From: Octopus sinensis
Taxonomy: Eukaryota
DNA length: 57,612 bases
Reading direction: 5' to 3'
Assembly (NCBI RefSeq): GCF_006345805.1
Contig: NW_021833649.1
Coordinates: 1-57,612 of the forward strand
The translations under genes and the position numbers were made by a program. Below are positions 26,215-38,114 of the stretch, in pieces; position 1 is the stretch's first letter; each line of letters begins with the position of its first letter. The notes beneath the pieces were generated by a model that saw only the letters and a list, made by a program, of their open reading frames with translations, searched no databases and had not been told where the DNA came from.

Positions 26215-27069
26215 GTATATATATGTATGCATATATACACACATGCATGCACATCCCTATGAATATATGCATGCATATATTGGTGCGGGGCGTCAAAAAA
26301 CGTGAGCAAGATGAGAAACCAGAACATAAAAACAAAGCCATATGTTCTCGTTTCTCATTTTGTTCACGTTCCTCTTGACGTCCTGTACTCATATATGCAT
26401 GTATATATACATATATATGTAGGCATGTACATGTACGTATATATATATATATGGTTAGGGTGCTGGTTACATGATCGGAAAATCGTAGTTTCAGTTCATA
26501 GACCGGAACACTTGACAACCGGTGCTGCTGTGTTTACGCCCTCGTAACTTAACGGTCTAGAGAAGAGAACCGATAGAGTATGTAGCGGGGTTTAAAAAAT
26601 AATAAAATGTCCTGGGGTCGATTTGTTCCACGAAAAAAAAACCTTCAAGGTGGTGCCACAGCATGGCCACAATAAAGAATATCACTGAAACAAGTAAAAG
26701 ATAAAAGATTACACACACACACACACACACACCATATCTCATCTTAAATGTAGACGAATATCATTATTCCCATGTAGGAGGCTTGATAATTGTTAAGAAA
26801 TTCCTCTACAGGCTACCAAATAAACTTTGTTTTCATTTACATACATTCTATGTTATCTCAACAACCAGTTTTAGTTATTTGAAAGACACTACTCTACAAC
26901 GACCAGGTTTCATTAGAAAGTGAAAATAGTTTCACACTTTCAATTTTAGCCAAAATTACAAAGTATTGCATTGTGAGAGTGACGATGTGAATAATGAAAG
27001 TAACATTTCTCCGAATTGGCCACATCTGTATTATAACAAAGAAAACTGCTTATTATCTATCCATATATA

Positions 27070-27450
27070 TTAGGTCATCCCATAAGTAATGCTGTTTTTT
27101 TTCAATCGCATGAACTAAATATCGGAGCGGACGGAATAAACTACCTGCATCAACTTGCTATAAAAGCAGGTGGTAATTTTATTGTCTTTATTCTTAGAGC
27201 AAGTTTTGAAGAATGCAGTTCGATTTTAACTTACTTTTTTTCAAAGCTAAAATGGAAGCGACAAAGGAGCGTATTCGGCATATTTTGCCTTATGACCAGT
27301 CATTCAAATCAGCGTTAGAAGAAAAAACGACTATCTTTGGTTTCAAGATGAAAGGTGATCTTCCATCAGGATAATGCTCTGCCACATACTTCGATGATGA
27401 CACTCTAAAGGCTGGAGCAGTTTTAATGGGAAACGTCAGCTATTTCAGCA
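27070..27450 (+). mobile_element. Internally deleted mariner
   Basis: TA|TTAGGTCATCCCATAAG left end; MEATKERIRHIL fused to SALEEK..KVIFHQDNALPHT. Confidence 0.8.
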
Positions 27451-27572
27451 GAATTCTACCCATGTGTGAAACATCACACGAAAGTGAAACATTGGGCGGT
27501 TTTAGCTTTTTGAAAGCGGGTGGACGAGGTTGGGAAAGGGACATTGAGTGTTTTTTAAGAAAAATTAAGCTT

Positions 27573-27654
<82 letters not shown>

Positions 27655-27657
<3 letters not shown>

Positions 27658-27800
27658 CTGTGTATCTTTCTGTCGAAGAGCGTAGGCTCGAAACTTAAAA
27701 GACTTGTTTTATTTCTATTCCTGAGCGCCATACTAATACAATTGTTTGTTTGTACTCCACCTGCCTTCGTCTTTTGATTATTTTCATAAAGCTTCCCGTT
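27655..27800 (+). mobile_element. H2 element with hammerhead-like motif at 27665-27702
   Basis: TCTTT-CTGTCGA-A-GAGC GTAG GCTC-GAAA-CTTA-AAAGA. Confidence 0.65.
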
Positions 27801-27806
27801 ATATAT

Positions 27807-28075
27807 GTTAGTTAGTTAGTTAATTTGGCTCAAAAGCAAATAGCAAGGCCATGTAGGGGGACATGGAGTTAAGTACAGGGTGGTGTTCATGTAAAGAGTT
27901 CAGGCCACTTGAGGTCCAGGGAGGCTTTGAACAAAGCAGTCGTCGGCATCTTCACCATCTCGTCTGGCAGCTTGTTCCACGGATCCGCAACCCGGACGGA
28001 GAAAGCTCCTCTCCTTCGATTAAGATGAAATCGTCGCAGGTAGAGCTTTTCGGAATGACCCCGCAGCCGACGCAT
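27807..28075 (-). pseudogene. CR1-clade LINE 3' end
   Basis: RGHSEKL..RRRGAFSVRVADPWNKLP..FKASLD C-terminus; (AACT)n tail. Confidence 0.85.
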
Positions 28076-28105
28076 ATTATATATATGTATATATATATAT
28101 ATATG

Positions 28106-28185
<80 letters not shown>

Positions 28186-28479
28186 TATATATATATATAT
28201 TTCCCTGATTCGTAATCTCTGTATTTTTCTACGTAGATAAAAAATATCGAAAAATGTTGCAAATTAAGAATTACGGTAGGGACGGGGGGAAATTTAAACT
28301 TTAAAAAGGTGATTTCTGTGCAAAATCATATTAACCTCCTTAATTTGTGATCCTTGTTGAGAACAGAAAGCACTTTTGCGCAAACCCATGCAAACTGTAC
28401 CCTTCCCACTTCACTTTTAAACAAACAATAGCTTCCATTATGCCAGTAATCCAGTTCACCATATTATCAGCTGTGCCAA

Positions 28480-28559
28480 TTCTGCCCATAAGAAAGGAAC
28501 AAATAATACAACGTGGCCGTAGGTCATAACACCCGGGCAACACCGGAATGCATTGCTAG
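28480..28559 (+). mobile_element. Orphan Helitron 3' terminus
   Basis: CCCGGGCAACACCGG hairpin followed by ATGCATTGCTAG|T. Confidence 0.6.
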
Positions 28560-28577
28560 TGTGTGAGTGTATATGTT

Positions 28578-28612
<35 letters not shown>

Positions 28613-28821
28613 ATATATATGTATTTGTGTGCGTGTGTGTGTGTGCGTGCGTGCGTGCGTAAATGTTGTTAAAATAGTGTTTAACATAATTAGTGACATG
28701 AGTGATGGACGAGAACTCTTCTGTTGGGGATGACCATAAAACCATGTTCTGAAACCCATAATGGGCCTTAATGTTTCTTTGAAAATACACAATACTTAAT
28801 TCCTCAGTTGACTTAATTATG

Positions 28822-29239
28822 GGACCTTTTCGGTTTGAACGGCAGTTTTTTTCTAGCGGTGTCATATGAAATTGTCACCCATAATTATGACCCTAGTATC
28901 AATCTATTGCATTTCAATCTGTTTTAGGGTTAGGGTTAGGGTGGGGGGAATGGTATCTTTTTTTCTTCACAAATGTAAATAAACCCAATCTGTTTCTTAA
29001 ACGAGGGACATATTCATACGGCACAGAATTTTTTTTTTACCTCAATGGACGTCATTAATTGGTTGAAATTGCAGAAATTAAAGAAAAAAACAACAAATAT
29101 CTTACAAACTATAGAATTTTCTCAATAAAGCCAAGAGAAAAAGATGTTTTATAAACACATTCTACAAGTATACGAAGTTTAAAAGTGTTTAGTTACCTAG
29201 AAATTATGTTAAAAACTGCCGTTCAAACCGAAAAGATCC
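28822..29239. mobile_element. GG-terminal MITE with 8-bp TSD (Merlin-like)
   Basis: TSD TAATTATG at 28814-28821 and 29240-29247; internal (TTAGGG)3. Confidence 0.9.
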
Positions 29240-29685
29240 TAATTATGTCCAGTAGGCTTAGATCTTTACCCTGTGATATAAATTAAATCTAATCCAGAAG
29301 GAAATGAAATTAATCTTGAAGTAAATTAATATTATCTCGAAGGAAATTAAAATTATCTGGCAACGAATGAAGTGATTTTTTTCTGATTAAGAAATGTTTT
29401 TGGTGTTTCGTTATTTAATAATTATATCAAGATTTTTTAAACTCAATCAAATATTTTCCGGAGCTTTTATGTAACGAGTAATAAATTAGTTTAATTTTTA
29501 CTGGAAACACTTCTTGACCAAGTATGATAATATCTTTCGTGAGTTTGTGGGAATCACGTGTTTTGAAAATACAAAATTTAGTTATTTTGATTGTGAATAC
29601 CTGATTTAATGAAAGAGAGGTAAAATGGCGCAAATTGGAACGGGAGGATAAAGAGATGGGTAGAGAAACAACGTAAAGGTTTACA

Positions 29686-29909
29686 TACTCTTTTACTCTT
29701 TTACTTGTTTCAGTCATGTGACTGTGGCCATGTTGGAGCACCGCCTTTAGTCGAGCAAATCGACCCCAGGACTTATTCTTTGTAAGCCCAGTACTTATTC
29801 TATCGGTCTCTTTTGCCGAACCGCTAAGTTACGGGGACATAAGCACACCAGCATTGGTTGTCAACCGATGTTGGGGGCACAAACATAGATACACAAACAC
29901 ATACACACA

Positions 29910-29997
<88 letters not shown>

Positions 29998-30173
29998 CAT
30001 ATATATATACGACGAGCTTCTTTCAGTTTCCGACTACCATATCCACTCACAAGGCTTTGGTCGGCCCGAGGCTATAGTTGAAGACACTTGCCCAAGGTGC
30101 CACGCAGTGGGACTGAACCCGGAACCATGTGGTTGGTAAGAAAGCTACTTACTACACAGCCACTCCTACGCCT
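29686..30173 (-). mobile_element. SINE-C
   Basis: Complete head, (CA)n core and tail. Confidence 0.9.
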
Positions 30174-30404
30174 ACATGTAGAAGAAAATTCAAAATGGGA
30201 TCGGCACACTGTACACACACACACGCTAACAAGAAACTAACATTATTGTGGAGGCAGTGAATTTGTTCGCCGAAGAAAAGAAAAAAAATAGACTGACGTT
30301 TTAGTTGAACCTTATACCCAGATAGTGTTAATGTCACGAGAAGAGAAACGATACCTGAAGCAGGTCTCTGTCCTTCTGCTGCATACTGCAATGAAAATGT
30401 CCTT

Positions 30405-30985
30405 TTCTACTATAACACAAAACCCGAAATTTTGGAGGAAGGGGCCAGTCCATTAGATCGACCCCAGTACGTAACTGGTACTTATTTTATCGACTCTGAA
30501 AGCATGAAAGGCAAAGTCGACCTCGGCGGAATTTGAACTCAGAACTTAACGGCAGACGAAATACCTATTTCTTAACTGCCCACAAGGGGATAAACACAGA
30601 GTGGACAAACAAGGACAGACACAGGTATTAAGTCAATTACATCGACCCCAGTGCGTAACTGGTACTTAATTTATCGACCTCGAAAGGATGAAAGGCAAAG
30701 TCGACCTCGGCGGAATTTGAACTCAGAACATAAAGACAAACGAAATACCTATTTCTTTACTACCCACAAGGGGCTAAACACAGAGAGGACAAACAAGGAC
30801 AGACACAGGTATTAAGTCAATTACATCGACTCCAGTGCGTAACTGGTACTTAATTTATCGACCTCGAAAGGATGAAAGGCAAAGTCGACCTCGGTGGAAT
30901 TTGAACTCAAAACGTAGCGGCAGACGAAATACCGTTAAGCATTTCACCTGGCGTGCTAACGATTCTGCCACCTCGCTGCCTTACT
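30405..30985 (-). mobile_element. SINE-B trimer
   Basis: Junctions at 30562 and 30746 (184 bp apart). Confidence 0.9.
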
Positions 30986-31360
30986 GCAATGAAAATATCA
31001 TTCTATTGAAGATGCTTTGCCGCAATTATTTTAAGAGTCAGTCAATCCTTACAGTGATGATTCTTCAAACTTAATTGTGGGCACCCGTATAAACTACCGA
31101 TCAACTAAAGTTCAAACCATTTAAAATATAGTCATTCATCATGCGCCATCATAAATCTAGCATTTAATTTGTTCAAGGGTAATTTTAATTGGTTTCAAGG
31201 TCATTCTAATATCCCGAAATTATTTTAAAGTGCTCATTAAAATATTTTGTATTTTCAATGTAGAGTTGATTGATGATATTTATCTTATTTAATAATGTAG
31301 GTTTCAAGAATGATTTGAAATAAATACATACATACATACATACATACATGCATACATACA

Positions 31361-31394
<34 letters not shown>

Positions 31395-31438
31395 CATACA
31401 TACATACATGCATACATACATACATACATACAATAATA

Positions 31439-31690
31439 ATTGGAGATTTAGGTTTTGTTAGTAAATGCTTAAAGGAGAATCTGGATAAACTGGGATTTTC
31501 AGAAAGAGAAATCGACCGGCTGATTTGTACATTACATATGCAATCTGTGAGTGGAACAGTAAAAATATGCAACACTTTTCTCAAGTTCCAAATGTGAATT
31601 TGTCTGTGTTAACTACTTCCCAAAGATGGAGCCTTGTATCTTTGTTGGAAACCGGCTCCCTCGTCAATAGAAAATTTATAATAATTAAAA
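31439..31690 (+). pseudogene. 3' end of a REL-endonuclease non-LTR retrotransposon (NeSL/HERO/R4-like)
   Basis: Unlisted frame IGDLGFVSKCLKENLDKLGFSEREIDRLICTLHMQSVSGTVKICNTFLKFQM, stop at 31595-31597. Confidence 0.7.
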
Positions 31691-32030
31691 AATAGAAGAC
31701 ACACACAAACACACATTCATACATACACAGACATAAACAGTTTAAAGGCATAGCTAGGAAACACACACACACACACACACATCGTTGTTATTATGTTAAA
31801 CTGTCGCATGTCCAAATTCGACCAAATACAATTTTTTTCCAATATTTAATTTTGCCAGCAACAGCTGGTTCTTTTGGTCAAAATATCGTATCTCCAGCTG
31901 CTTCAGGTACCAAGATACATAAAATTATCAAAGTGTAGTATAACGATTTTGCTATGGAATGGTGTAACTATTGATTGGTTTTCTGAAAAAAGCAGCGTTT
32001 TTAACTTACGACACTTTTGCATAATAGCAA

Positions 32031-32074
<44 letters not shown>

Positions 32075-32800
32075 TCGGAGGTAGGCTTGTGAATTACGTG
32101 CTTCGTGGAATGAAGAGGAGACTCATAAGGGATGTGAAACTGGGAAAGTCACTTCAGTGCTCTTCATGAAGAAGGGCAAGGAGCTGAGACTTTCCTTAAA
32201 CTTGAAAGAATGCATGTGTTGCGTAAATCTTATGCCTCTATCGTGATACCGTTATAGGAGTGGCTTCGTAGACTACAGCTTCTGAAAGGCAAGATCCTCA
32301 CAATGGACTGGTTGGAGTCTTTTGATTGCTATAGGTTAGAGCTCAATCCTGGTAGCGATATTATTTAAGTGTGCGTAGCTAGCATTGACGTTATGGGAGT
32401 TAAAGGCGTAGCGTGGCCAAAAACACGTATTTCAAATAACTCTAAAAGTGTTTTTACTTGGCTAACATTACAACTATTCAACATGAGAGTAGAAAAATTC
32501 TCATGTCATGTTAAGATTGTTATATCAGCGTCAACCTGCATTTAAAAGATGCTATTAAATGTGACTCATTTGCATTTTATGCCTCTCTGGCATCTGCGTT
32601 GTTATTTCAAATCAATTAAATCATGGAATTCTTTCTTTTAGACAGCTGTGCCAACTAGTCTGATATGCCAAGAATAATTTTAAGAAATTTTAACGTCCGT
32701 TGCAGCAATTAATATGATGTTTGACCTACGATTTAACAACGGATTTTTGTTTACATTCTAAACTAATAATATATTCTTATTCGATATACCATCTTTCAAG

Positions 32801-33210
32801 CTACTCTTTACTCTTTACTCTTTTACTTGTTTCAGTCATTTGACTGCGGCCATGCTGGAGCACCGCCTTTAGTCGAGCAAATCGACCCCGGGACTTATTC
32901 TTTGTAAGCCCAGTACTTATTCTATCGGTCTCTTTTGCCGAACCGCTAAGTAACGGGGACGTAAACACACCAGCATCGGTTGTCAAGCAATGCTAGGGGG
33001 ACAAACACGACACACAAACACACACATACATATATATATACATATATACAACAGGCTTCTTTCAGTTTCCGTCTACCAAATCCACTCACAAGGCTTTGGT
33101 CGGCCCGGGGGTATAGTAGAAGACACTTGCCCATGGTGCCACGCAGTGGGACTGAACCCGGAACCATGCGGTTGGTAAACAAGCTACTTACCACACAGCC
33201 ACTCCTGCGC
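32801..33210 (-). mobile_element. SINE-C
   Basis: Complete copy. Confidence 0.9.
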
Positions 33211-33394
33211 TGTTGTTCAGAGTTATCCAGAAACAATTGGAAAACTTTCGTGTTCCAGCCACTAAACTATGGACGTAGAATGTACAGCTTCCAACCAGGC
33301 ATCACACACAACCCGGGGTTAAATTCAGATCAGAAACTCAGTCGACAGAGTCGTTCTAAAATGAGGTCTTAGAGCAGAGTAAAGAACCCCTTCG

Positions 33395-33705
33395 GTCATG
33401 AATACCCATGGGATTTCACCTAGAAAGTTACCCTCCGAGGCACAAGTCCATGTAAGGTTGTTTATGGAAGACCAGCAGTCGCCCATGCATACCAGCCTCC
33501 CATCTCCACGCCACCGATTTTATCCAAGGGAAAGGCAAACGCCGATACAACTAGGCACCTGTGACGCCGCAACTTAGTTCTACAGCTGAGTGGACTGGAG
33601 CAATGTGAAATAAAGTGTCTTGCTCAAGACACATTACTCGATCCTGGAATCGAAGCACAAGGTTGTGAGTCCGGCGTTCTAACCCGTGAGCCATGCACCT
33701 TCACA
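33395..33705 (-). mobile_element. tRNA-derived SINE, head-2-like plus a third tail type
   Basis: A/B boxes and TGTGTCTTGAGCAAGACACTTTATTTCAC shared with the 5250 copy; tail differs. Confidence 0.75.
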
Positions 33706-33801
33706 TTACTAACCTGTTATGGCTGCTGGATAAATTGCGAATCGCCTCGCTGTGACAATGAAACTATGTGTTATTCTTACGCTGTTACAAGGACTTTTTT
33801 A

Positions 33802-34040
33802 ATACCTATTTCTTTATTACCCACATGGGGCTAAACACAGAGGGGACAAACAAGGACAGACATAGGTATTAAGTCGATTACATCGACCCCAGTGCGTAAC
33901 TGGTACTTAATTTATCGACCCCGAAAGGATGAAAGGCAAAGTCGACCTCGGCGGAATTTGAACTCACAACGTAACGGCAGACGAAATACGGCTACGCATT
34001 TCGCCCGGCGTGCTAACGTTTCTGCCAGCTCGCCGCCTTG
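33802..34040 (-). mobile_element. SINE-B monomer
   Basis: Full head and tail 1. Confidence 0.9.
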
Positions 34041-34332
34041 GACTTTTTTAATACCGTGTGTCATTCAATTGCAGTATGTGTCATTTAATTGCAGTATGTG
34101 TCATTTATATTCAGTATGTGAACAGGGAAATTTGAAAGAGTCTTGATTTTGGAAACAACGATGCAGTATCGAATGCAAATGTCGGATCACGATTAGGCGC
34201 TACAAAACTATGTTCCAGTGTCTGGTGGACTCTCGGAGTTGTATTCATGTTGAGTGTCATTAACTCTATAGAACAACAACCTTAACAACAACAACAACAA
34301 TAATGATAATGAGGATGATGATAATGATGATG

Positions 34333-34371
<39 letters not shown>

Positions 34372-34504
34372 TTAAGAAGAAGAAGAAGGAGGAGGAGAAG
34401 AAGAAGAAGAAGAAGAAGAAGAAGAAGAAGAAGAGGAGGATATTTCTTAAATAGTAGCCGATATAAATGTTAGCTAGTTACTTCCCTTCACCTACCACGT
34501 TTAT

Positions 34505-34580
<76 letters not shown>

Positions 34581-34581
34581 C

Positions 34582-34646
<65 letters not shown>

Positions 34647-35084
34647 TGGATATATAGATATACAGAGAGGGGTCATGAGAGTAAAAGAAAGTTACAAAGT
34701 CTACATAAAAGGTGTAGGATGAGAGGACATACCAGGCTTGGTGGCAGGCAGTGAGTGGGAAAACGCTGCAGACAATGAAAGAGAATGAATTACAGCGACA
34801 GACGAGGAAGAGAAGGAGTTGAGGAAGTAAATGTTGAGTAGTTATGAGAAAAGTTTTACAAATGAGGAATTTATTAATTTAGTTTTAGTTCAAAGTAATA
34901 AATATTTTTTTCTTTTGAAAATTAATATTCATTTCCTTATTTCGTATAAGCACCAAGAAACTTTATAAAAAAAAAAGAAAAACACTTAATTTATAATTAT
35001 TCTCTGTATGCCATGGTTACAGGTATTACTCATGGGGGCAAAACTATTCTTTATATACTTACTGGTCATATAACGTAAAATATT

Positions 35085-36400
35085 CTTGCAGAATTGTTAG
35101 CACGCTGGGCAAAATGCTTTGAATTATATCGTTCCGAGTTCGAAATCAGCCGAGGTCGACTTTGTCTTTTATCCTTCCGGGGGTCGGTAAATTAAGTACC
35201 AGTTGCGTACTGGGGTCGATCTAATCGACTAGCCCCCTCCTCACCCAAAATTTCGGGCCTTGTGCCTAGAGTACAAAAGAAAAAGAGAAAAAAAAATTTA
35301 TAAACTTATTCGTCGTATGACATTTTTGCAGAATCGTTTGCACGCTGGGCAAAATGCTTTAAATCATTTCGTTCCGAGTTCGAATTCAGCCGAGATCGAC
35401 TTTGTCTTTTATCCTTTCAAGGCCGATAAAAAAAGTATCTGTTCAATGTAATCGACTTAACTTCTCCCCCGAAATATCTGTTCAATGTAATCGACTTAAC
35501 TTCTCCCCCGAAATTGCTGGCCTTGCGCCAAAAATTGAAATAAACAATTTTTTGTTGTTGTTGATGAAAGACAGTGAGCTGACAGAATCGTTAGCATGCT
35601 GGGCAAAATGCTTTGAGGTATTTCGTCCGCCACTGCATTCTGAGTTCAAATTCCGCCGACGTCGATTTTGCCTTTCATCCTTTCGGGGCCGATAAATTAA
35701 GCACCAGTTACGCACTGGGGTCGATATAATCGACTTAATCCGTTTTTCTGTCCTTAAGAAATAGGTATTTCACCCGTCGCTCCGTCCTGGGTTCAAATTC
35801 CGCTGCAGTCGACTTTGTCTTTCATCCTTTCGGGGTGGATAAAATAAGTACCAGTTGAACACTGAGGTCGATGTAATCGTCTCATATGCTCCCCCCAAAT
35901 TGCTGGCCCCGTGGCAAAATGTGAAACCATTATTATTACTATTAAGAAGGCGGCCAGCTGGCAGAATCGTTAGCCCGCCGGGCAAAATGCTCTGAAGCAT
36001 TTCGTTCGACTTTACGTTCTGAGTTCAAACTCTCGCAAGGTCGGCTTCATCTTTTTTCCGTTAAGGGTCGATAAAATAAGTATCTGTTGAGCACTGGGGT
36101 CGATGTAATCCACATTCATCCTCATCCGAAATTTCTAGCCTTGTGCCAAAATCGAAACCGAAATTTTCTGTTGATGTAAGGTGGCAAGCTGACAGAATCG
36201 CCTGCATGCTGGGCTAAATGCTTAGCGGCCTTTCGTCCGACTTTACATTCTAAGCTCAAATCCTTCCGAGGTCAATTTTGCCTTTCATCCCTCGCGGCCG
36301 ATAAAATAAACACCTGTTAAGCACTGCGGTCGATGTAGCCTAACTGGAAATTGTTGACCTTATGCCAAAATATGAAACCAATATTTTCTGTAGCTGTGTT
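35085..36400 (+). mobile_element. Chain of about six older, diverged SINE-B copies
   Basis: Repeated degenerate heads, B-boxes and GGGGTCGAT blocks in the same orientation. Confidence 0.75.
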
Positions 36401-36450
36401 TACATTTAAAGAGACTCAATTATCGCTCATTAATTACTATAATTAATCAT

Positions 36451-36832
36451 GGAAGCACTCCGTCGGTTACGACGATGAGGGTTCCGGTTGATCCGAATCA
36501 ACGGAACAGCCTGCTCGTGAAATTAACGTGTAAGTGGCTGAGCACTCCACAGACACGTGCACCCTTAACGTAGTTCTCGGGGATATTCAGCGTGACACAG
36601 AGAGTGACAAGGCCGGCCCCTTGAAATACAGGTACAATAGAAACAGGAAGTAAGAGTGAGAGAAAGTTGTGGTGAAAGAGTACAGCAGGGATCACCATTA
36701 TCCCATGCCGGAGCCTCGTGGAGCTTTTAGGTGTTTTTGCTCAATAAACACTCACAACGCCCGGTCTGGGAATCGAAACCGCGATCCTATGACCGCGAGT
36801 CCGCTGCCCTAACCACTGGGCCATTGCGCCTC
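36451..36832 (-). mobile_element. SINE, head 1 plus tail X
   Basis: TSD CTATAATTAATCAT at 36437-36450 and 36833-36846. Confidence 0.9.
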
Positions 36833-36846
36833 CTATAATTAATCAT

Positions 36847-37086
36847 ACGCCCTTTTAAAGCCTAGCCAGGCTTATGGGCCCGGTCTCTCGGTTTCTATGG
36901 TGTACGTGCTCCCCAACTGGGCGGGACGCCAGTCCATCGCAGCGTTACTCATTTTTACCCTCTGAGTGGACTAGAGCAACATGAAATGAAGTTATTTGCT
37001 CAAGAACACGCGTCGCCCAGAAATCGAAACGACTATTATACGATCATGATGTTGACACCCTAACCACTAAGCCACGCGCCTCCACA
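36847..37086 (-). mobile_element. SINE, head 2 plus Meta-domain-like tail
   Basis: Flanked by CTATAATTAAT at 36833 and 37087. Confidence 0.8.
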
Positions 37087-37096
37087 CTATAATTAA

Positions 37097-37282
37097 TACA
37101 GTTCTATATTTAAGAGATGAGGAATTATGTACATTATTTACCTTATATACATTTGACGGATATTTGTCCTCATCTTGTTTGCTGTTAACACAACGTTTCG
37201 GCTGATATACCCTCCAGCCTTCATCAGGTGTCTTGGGGGAAATTTCAAACCTGGGTTCTCATTCCTAAGGTATTTTTTGATG

Positions 37283-37326
<44 letters not shown>

Positions 37327-37475
37327 ATCACTGCCTGGAATCGAACTTGGAATCTTGGGAGTTAGTAGCCCGCGCTCTTAACCACTACGCCATATGCCCG
37401 GGTATAGCAACCAAAACGTTGTGTTAACAACAAGATGAGGGCGAATAACCGTCAAATGTAAATAATGTAAATAAT
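37097..37475 (-). mobile_element. tRNA-headed, hammerhead-containing element (H1) with inverted 3'-end copy
   Basis: tRNA-like head 37399-37322, (AAT)n, HHR 37232-37187, tail to 37097; inverted tail copy 37414-37475. Confidence 0.85.
37187..37232 (-). ncRNA. Minimal type I hammerhead ribozyme (canonical core)
   Basis: GACAC-CTGATGA-A-GGCTG..CAGCC-GAAA-CGTT-GTGTT. Confidence 0.75.
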
Positions 37476-38075
37476 ATACTACAATCAATTTCCTCTTCCT
37501 TCATTTCAAAGAGTTTCTCACAGTTCTTACCTCAATAATGGTCGTCATGACTTTGATAATGTCTGAATGGTTTCCGGCTCTTCTCTAGATTTTCTTCAAC
37601 ATATACTTTAGTTTCATAAAACCTTTCGCAAGTTATTTATACCCGGCTTAGTATGATTCAAGCTTTATAAATATCTTGAGAGATATTCAATATTCTACAT
37701 TATAACAATATCGCTCACAATCGCCATTTGAAAATTTTCTGTTACTAAGTTTAACGTTTCTTCTAACATGTCGATAATTCTAACGTGTGCGTGATGTATA
37801 TTAAAAATACAATTAAAAAAAAACATCTGTACCATTTTATGTTTTTTTATCATTTTACTTGCTTCAGTCATTGAATTGCGGCCATGCTGGAGTACTGCCT
37901 TGAAGGATTCAGTCGAATAAATCGACCCCTGGACTTAATTTTAAAGTCCGGTACTTAATCTACCGGTTTCCTTTTGCCGAACTGCAAAGTTACGGGGAGG
38001 TAGATAAGTCAATGCTGGCTGTCAAGCGGTCGAGGCGCGGCTGGGGCAGACAAATACAAACACCACACATACATC

Positions 38076-38114
<39 letters not shown>

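Noticed and set aside
32085-32345. GC-richer segment that might be a LINE remnant
   Set aside because: No recognisable motif in any frame
37322-37399. tRNA gene with apparent ACT anticodon
   Set aside because: Acceptor and anticodon stems pair poorly, and the sequence is the head of a repeated element; treated as a SINE head
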